Shown piece by piece: positions 59,686-64,000 of a stretch of 64,000 nucleotides of DNA (position 1 is the stretch's first letter; the number at the start of each line of letters is the position of its first letter). The position numbers and the translations under genes are program-made. This stretch comes from an uncultured delta proteobacterium. GTDB lineage: Bacteria; Desulfobacterota; Desulfomonilia; UBA1062. The DNA lies in the NCBI GenBank assembly GCA_963798485.1, contig CAWCTR010000004.1, forward strand, positions 224,001-288,000. The letters are read 5' to 3'. Under the pieces are notes generated by a model. That model was not told the origin of the DNA, did no database searches, and worked only from the letters and a program-made list of their open reading frames with translations.

Positions 59686-59988
59686 TCAGAATCCCAAACC
59701 CCCGCTGAACCCGAAGAATGAAAGCCCCCACCCTGTAGCAGCGCAAGCTACGGAAAGACCAAGCACTGCCTGTAAGGCTCTCTTCAGAATCCCGCCTGTC
59801 TCGCCGAAGGCCAGCATGAAGCCCACGGCAATGATAGCCGCAACGCTTCCGAACTTGAGCCAGGGGCCTGTAATAGAGTTCAGGATTTGATCGAGAGGTC
59901 CTTCCCAAGGCATGCCGCTTCCTGCAGCAAGAAGCATGGATGGGACCAAACAAGAAACAAGTGTAGCTGCCAACAAGCTCCATTTCAT
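59686..59988 (-). CDS. trbC: TrbC/VirB2 pilin
   Basis: AAGSGMPWEGPLDQILNSITGP plus two TM helices. Confidence 0.92.
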   Translation of the reverse strand: MKWSLLAATLVSCLVPSMLLAAGSGMPWEGPLDQILNSITGPWLKFGSVAAIIAVGFMLAFGETGGILKRALQAVLGLSVACAATGWGLSFFGFSGGLGF

Positions 59989-60020
59989 AAAACCTCCTCA
60001 TTCCCTGTGGAGATATTCAC

Positions 60021-60070
60021 TATTCAAAAAGTAAACTGTTTTAAATTCATTGTCAACCTGTTTTGAATAT
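60021..60070 (-). promoter_or_regulatory. Putative trb operon promoter with repeated operator-like motifs
   Basis: Minus strand TTGACA-17 bp-TACTTT, flanked by TTCAAAACAG, TTTAAAACAG and an inverted CTTTTTGAA copy. Confidence 0.5.
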
Positions 60071-60199
60071 TTATATATGCTATATTATTTATATTATATT
60101 GTTAGTCATCACATATAATGAATAAAAACTTCCCAAGATCGGAAAGAAAATTCTCAGCCCACAGGGTCTCAATGTCAAATTCTGCTGCAGTGTTGATTC

Positions 60200-60580
60200 C
60201 TAAGCATTCAAGCCGAATTCTACTTTGAAAGATGTTGCCTTAACAATTGGGCGAATGGTCTTATTCTCCTTTGCAAGTTCAACAATTCCATATAGGGCCA
60301 TCATTTTCAGAGTGCGGGACAGATTGCTGGTTTTTCTCCCGGTCACATTTCCCAGCTCTTTTAATGAAGCTGGTTTCTTTTCGATAATAATACGTAAGAG
60401 ATCCTGGTTGTCATTACTGAGAACCTGTGCCATTGACTGAAGGGATTCAAACCATATTTTGGGTTCGTCTTTCTTTGGAATATATTTACCTTTTGCAATG
60501 GCGATTGTTCGTTCCCGGTACTCTTTCTTCGGCATTATGCCTATTGTCATGACGTTTGAGATTTTTGCAGCAGTAGCCAT
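60200..60580 (-). CDS. Winged-HTH regulator/antitoxin (HVO_A0114-like)
   Basis: WFESLQSMAQVLS...PASLKEL...GRKTSNLSRTLK...GIVEL. Confidence 0.75.
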   Translation of the reverse strand: MATAAKISNVMTIGIMPKKEYRERTIAIAKGKYIPKKDEPKIWFESLQSMAQVLSNDNQDLLRIIIEKKPASLKELGNVTGRKTSNLSRTLKMMALYGIVELAKENKTIRPIVKATSFKVEFGLNA

Positions 60581-60599
60581 AATCTTCTTACCTCATTTC

Positions 60600-60944
60600 T
60601 TATTTCAGATACCCATCAACTTCACTCCAGAAGTCTTCTAACAGTTGATCCGCCGATTCAAACTCATAATTTTCGACCTTATTCATTCTATGTATGTGAT
60701 CCCATGTAGTCTTAATCGCAGTAAATCGTTTTCGATTTGGTTTTATAGAATGTGCATTGTCATATCCCAGTACCCTTGTGCTGTTGCTATCATGAAGCGT
60801 TAGTGAGTACCGAATGCCATGGGGAACATGTGTAGTAACCGGTGTTTCCCAAGCTTCAATCTTTACCCAATATCCATTTTCCATGAAGAATTTTTCTCCA
60901 TGCAGCATCAACAGATGTTCTAAGCCGGTAATCGGCTTCACCAT
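60600..60944 (-). CDS. DUF6516 (TumE-like) putative toxin
   Basis: PHGIRYSLTLH...RVLGYDNAH...DHIH...QLLEDFW; paired with the downstream HTH gene. Confidence 0.72.
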   Translation of the reverse strand: MVKPITGLEHLLMLHGEKFFMENGYWVKIEAWETPVTTHVPHGIRYSLTLHDSNSTRVLGYDNAHSIKPNRKRFTAIKTTWDHIHRMNKVENYEFESADQLLEDFWSEVDGYLK

Positions 60945-60967
60945 GCCCTATAATCTCCCCATATCAA

Positions 60968-60988
60968 AGTTATCATCAGGTGATAACT
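60968..60988. promoter_or_regulatory. Palindromic operator upstream of the TA pair
   Basis: AGTTATCA-N5-TGATAACT perfect inverted repeat, 23 bp upstream of the toxin ATG. Confidence 0.6.
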
Positions 60989-61401
60989 ATATACTCTCTA
61001 TCGTCATAAATCAAGTCATACTATAGACCGAATACTTAAAAATCTTAAACTGTGGGTATTCCACCCTTACGCTCGTATCCTACCCATTCTGCTCTGCATG
61101 TCATGGGGTGGGATATTATTGAAAGGACTGGGAACATAGAGCAGTCAAGAGGCAGCTTGGGTATAGAAATGTTGCTTATTAGTGCAGTACGCGAGTGTAT
61201 CGAATAAAGAGCAGAGGGTAATGGGCTATCAAGTTATTTGATTCTATTCTCAAATCCCCAGTTCGTTTTATGCTCTAGCTTACACTCAAAATCTGAGTTT
61301 ATTTCTAATATTCTCTAGTAATTCTCTAGTAAGTCAATAAACAATCGAATTCTGGAAAACATCTGTTTGCTGGGGAATGAGCTTGGGAGCAGGTTTAAAA
61401 C

Positions 61402-61476
61402 TGGAGGCGGCAACCGGATTTGAACCGGTGAATAACGGTTTTGCAGACCGTCGCCTTACCACTTGGCTATGCCGCC
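61402..61476 (-). tRNA. tRNA-Cys (GCA)
   Basis: GGCGGCATAGCCAAGTGGTAAGGCGACGGTCTGCAAAACCGTTATTCACCGGTTCAAATCCGGTTGCCGCCTCCA; cloverleaf with GCA anticodon and encoded CCA. Confidence 0.97.
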
Positions 61477-61525
61477 GAAGCCCATTTGAGAGCCTAATAG
61501 GTATACCGGGGTGACCTATGAAAAG

Positions 61526-62506
61526 TCAAGACTCAGTATGTGCCGGACTTACCCCTGGTTGCTTCTTTTTATTATTGAGAACATATTCCCTGAAGTCCAA
61601 CTTCTTTTTGACGACCCTTCTCATATCAGAGCGCTTGAGCCACCTGGCGTATAACCAGGACCAATTCTCCGGGTGTTCCCTGACGACAGAAACCACCCAG
61701 GACTGCATGAAGTCGCTCAGTTGCTGTATGGCCTCATCCCCATCGCCGAACTGCGCCGAATCTACGGCCTTGGCGAAGTGCCAGTGGAAGGTGCCTTTCT
61801 CCTTAGTGATATAGACCGGCATGACAAGGGCATTCCCTTTGAGTGCCAGGGAGGCCGGTGCTGATTTGGAAGGCGCCGGCATGCCGAAGACATCACAGTA
61901 CAGGTCCTCTTTCCGGTCGCCACGTAAGTCAATGATCCAACCGATAGTCTTGCCCTTTTTCAGTTCATCGATAAGCATATGGAATGAGCCCGTGGACGGC
62001 AGGGTGGTGGCGCCGCAGCGGTCCCGGATATCGTTCACTATAGCTTCAAGCTTCGGGTTGTTGATGGTATTAACCATGACGCAAAACGGGATACCCAGAA
62101 CCCTGGGGATATGTCCGAGGATCTCCCAGTTACTGATGTGGCCCGAGATCATCATGACGCCTCGGCCCGAAGCCTGGGCCTCATCCATGTGCTCTTTTCC
62201 CTCCACCACGATCCTGCTTCTGATCTCCTCATCGCTCATAAATGCATACCGGATCGTATCTACAATCATTTCCGTCTGGTTCATGAACACCTTCAGCACA
62301 AGCCGCCATGGGTTTTTAATGCCAAGGGCGGCGCGTAACTGGATCGTGGCAACTTTTCTGTGGAACGAGTCTACGAGCCAGATGATGATGCCGATAAATC
62401 GAAAAAGATTCGAGGCGAAGTTATAGGGCAGGCATCGGATGAGCCTGATCGCAACGCGTAATGCCTGATACGGTATGTCCTGTATGATTGAGATAATGGA
62501 TTTCAT
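61526..62506 (-). CDS. Lipid A late acyltransferase (LpxL/HtrB family)
   Basis: VEGKEH, GHISNWE, VREHPENWSWLYARW. Confidence 0.88.
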   Translation of the reverse strand: MKSIISIIQDIPYQALRVAIRLIRCLPYNFASNLFRFIGIIIWLVDSFHRKVATIQLRAALGIKNPWRLVLKVFMNQTEMIVDTIRYAFMSDEEIRSRIVVEGKEHMDEAQASGRGVMMISGHISNWEILGHIPRVLGIPFCVMVNTINNPKLEAIVNDIRDRCGATTLPSTGSFHMLIDELKKGKTIGWIIDLRGDRKEDLYCDVFGMPAPSKSAPASLALKGNALVMPVYITKEKGTFHWHFAKAVDSAQFGDGDEAIQQLSDFMQSWVVSVVREHPENWSWLYARWLKRSDMRRVVKKKLDFREYVLNNKKKQPGVSPAHTES

Positions 62507-63474
62507 GATTTCTTCTTTTGTGCTTTAATTTCTTCAGCCTGGGCCTTTGTGAACTCTCGAAAGTCATTAACGGTCTGAATGGTCTTGGCGAAGTGTGCAC
62601 GTCTCACCCATCTGCTGTGAAGCCAGAACCACTGATCAGGATACCTTTCCACTACCGTTTCCACCCAGGTGTGCATAAAGTCGGAGAGGCCCTGAATTGC
62701 ATCATGTCCGGACCCGAATCCCGTGCTGTCCACGGCCTTGTCGATGCGGATATGGTGGGTTCCATGGAGCTTAACGATATAAGCCGGCAGGACAAGGGCG
62801 CCTCCTTTTATGGCAATGAACGCAGGCGCAGGGTTTGTCAGGGCAGGCAGGCCGAAGAAGTTGCAGAGGATGCCGTGTCTGCGCCTGCCGCGCTGGTCTA
62901 TGATCATACTGATGATACGGCCTTTTTTCAACTCCTTGATGAGCATGAGGGCCTTGCCCTTGGGAGGAAGGAGGGTGATCCCCGAGTGGGAGCGCATCTC
63001 ATTTATGATGGATTCAAGCCGGGCATTCTTGCGTATGTCGGCCATGTGGCAGAACTCTATGTTTAGAAGCCTCGATATGTGCGATATGACCTCCCAGTTC
63101 CCGATGTGACCCGTGAACATCATAAGCCCCCTGCCGCTCGATAAGGCCTCATCAAGGTTCTCTTTCCCCTCCACTATGATCCTGGCCTTGATCTCCTCAT
63201 TACTCATGTATGCATACTTTATCGCATCCACCATGATCTCCCCCTGGTTCATGAACACCTTCAATCCAAGACGCCATGGGTTATCCAGCCCGAGGGCGGA
63301 GCTCATCTGGATCTTCACGATCTTGCGGCGAAGAGGCATGAAGAGCCAGACCAGGAGCATGATGGACCTGCCTAGGGTTATGGCTGCATGGTACGGCATG
63401 GCCAGGATGAGACGGATCATGGCGAGTGTTCCGTAGTACTGGACAGCGCTCGATACCCTTGTCGCAAAACTCAT
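62503..63474 (-). CDS. Lipid A late acyltransferase (LpxL/HtrB family), tandem paralog
   Basis: VEGKENL, GHIGNWE, IDQ, YPDQWFWLHSRW. Confidence 0.9.
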   Translation of the reverse strand: MSFATRVSSAVQYYGTLAMIRLILAMPYHAAITLGRSIMLLVWLFMPLRRKIVKIQMSSALGLDNPWRLGLKVFMNQGEIMVDAIKYAYMSNEEIKARIIVEGKENLDEALSSGRGLMMFTGHIGNWEVISHISRLLNIEFCHMADIRKNARLESIINEMRSHSGITLLPPKGKALMLIKELKKGRIISMIIDQRGRRRHGILCNFFGLPALTNPAPAFIAIKGGALVLPAYIVKLHGTHHIRIDKAVDSTGFGSGHDAIQGLSDFMHTWVETVVERYPDQWFWLHSRWVRRAHFAKTIQTVNDFREFTKAQAEEIKAQKKKS

Positions 63475-64000
63475 CTCTTCATATCCTTAAGTATCCAGTG
63501 TACTGCATCCTTTATACCGGCTGCCATAAAATCCGCTTTTGTCTGCAAATCTATATCTTTTCCTGCGCCGACAAGGACACCCTTGCCGCCCACCCGGTGT
63601 ATGGTCTCAATGTCAATAGGCTTGTCCCCTACCAGGTAACAGTGCATCAGATCAAGTCCGAAGTCTTCGGCAGCCCTGAGCAGAAGACCGGGCCGGGGCT
63701 TTCTGCATGTGCAGGCGATCCGGTATTCTTCCCTGATCCCGTCTATGTGGTGGGGGCAATAGTAGATGGCATCGATCCTCGCCCCCTGCCCGGCAAGAAG
63801 GGTCGTAAGCCCCTCGTGGATCGCCTCAAGTGTTTCCTCTGTGAAAAAACCCCTAGCAATGCCGGATTGATTGGTGATGATGATTGCCGGGATGCCCGAC
63901 TCATTGAGTATACGAATAGCCTCAACTGCACCCGGCAGGATATCGATGTCTGCGGGGTCGCTCAGGTATCCCGGGTCCCTGATGATGGTCTCATCCCTGT
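63471..64000 (-). CDS. gmhB: D-glycero-D-manno-heptose-1,7-bisphosphate phosphatase (HAD-IIIA), 5' end outside the window
   Basis: Hand translation: (D)RDETIIRDPGYL...ITNQSGIARG...YYCPHH...CTCRKPRPGLL...VGDKPIDI; stop overlaps the next ATG (ATGA). Confidence 0.88.
   Translation of the reverse strand, partial: RDETIIRDPGYLSDPADIDILPGAVEAIRILNESGIPAIIITNQSGIARGFFTEETLEAIHEGLTTLLAGQGARIDAIYYCPHHIDGIREEYRIACTCRKPRPGLLLRAAEDFGLDLMHCYLVGDKPIDIETIHRVGGKGVLVGAGKDIDLQTKADFMAAGIKDAVHWILKDMKR

Noticed and set aside
61021-61400. Possible oriT (GTATCCTACCC near 61076) and short ATTCTCTAGTA repeats
   Set aside because: Mismatch to the IncP nic core YATCCTG and no relaxase to corroborate it.
1-64000. CRISPR array, rRNA, integrase, prophage genes
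   Set aside because: No regularly spaced repeats or corresponding motifs seen by eye.

Overview
Chromosomal window from an anaerobic, diderm bacterium, most likely a deltaproteobacterium (Desulfobacterota), inferred from the periplasmic [FeFe]-hydrogenase, the RxGxS-type NikR and the LPS genes. From left to right it holds: (1) fur-like/feoA/feoB; (2) intact IS4 and IS5 elements with TIRs and TSDs; (3) a TetR-controlled ThDP enzyme/2-hydroxyacid dehydrogenase pair, higBA and an ISL3 remnant; (4) a DUF2569-permease fusion and a cell-envelope remodelling cluster; (5) a catalase remnant and an unannotated 59-aa His-rich peptide; (6) a nickel-centred locus: periplasmic [FeFe]-hydrogenase with cytochrome b, nikMNQO and nikR, and divergently a 10-gene operon (TonB, TonB-dependent receptor, Fec/Btu-type ABC importer, ABC-2 exporter, Cys-rich CobN, ChlI, ChlD), with related NikR-like operators upstream of all three units; (7) a CoA-transferase; (8) a Trb-type T4SS with a TrwB/TraD-like coupling protein, an unannotated TrbK-like lipoprotein and a TA pair next to tRNA-Cys, with no relaxase or integrase in view; (9) two lpxL-like genes and gmhB. 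The best candidate for an undescribed system is the putatively NikR-regulated tetrapyrrole import, (de)chelation and export operon. It may scavenge nickel from Ni-tetrapyrroles such as coenzyme F430; that function is inference.
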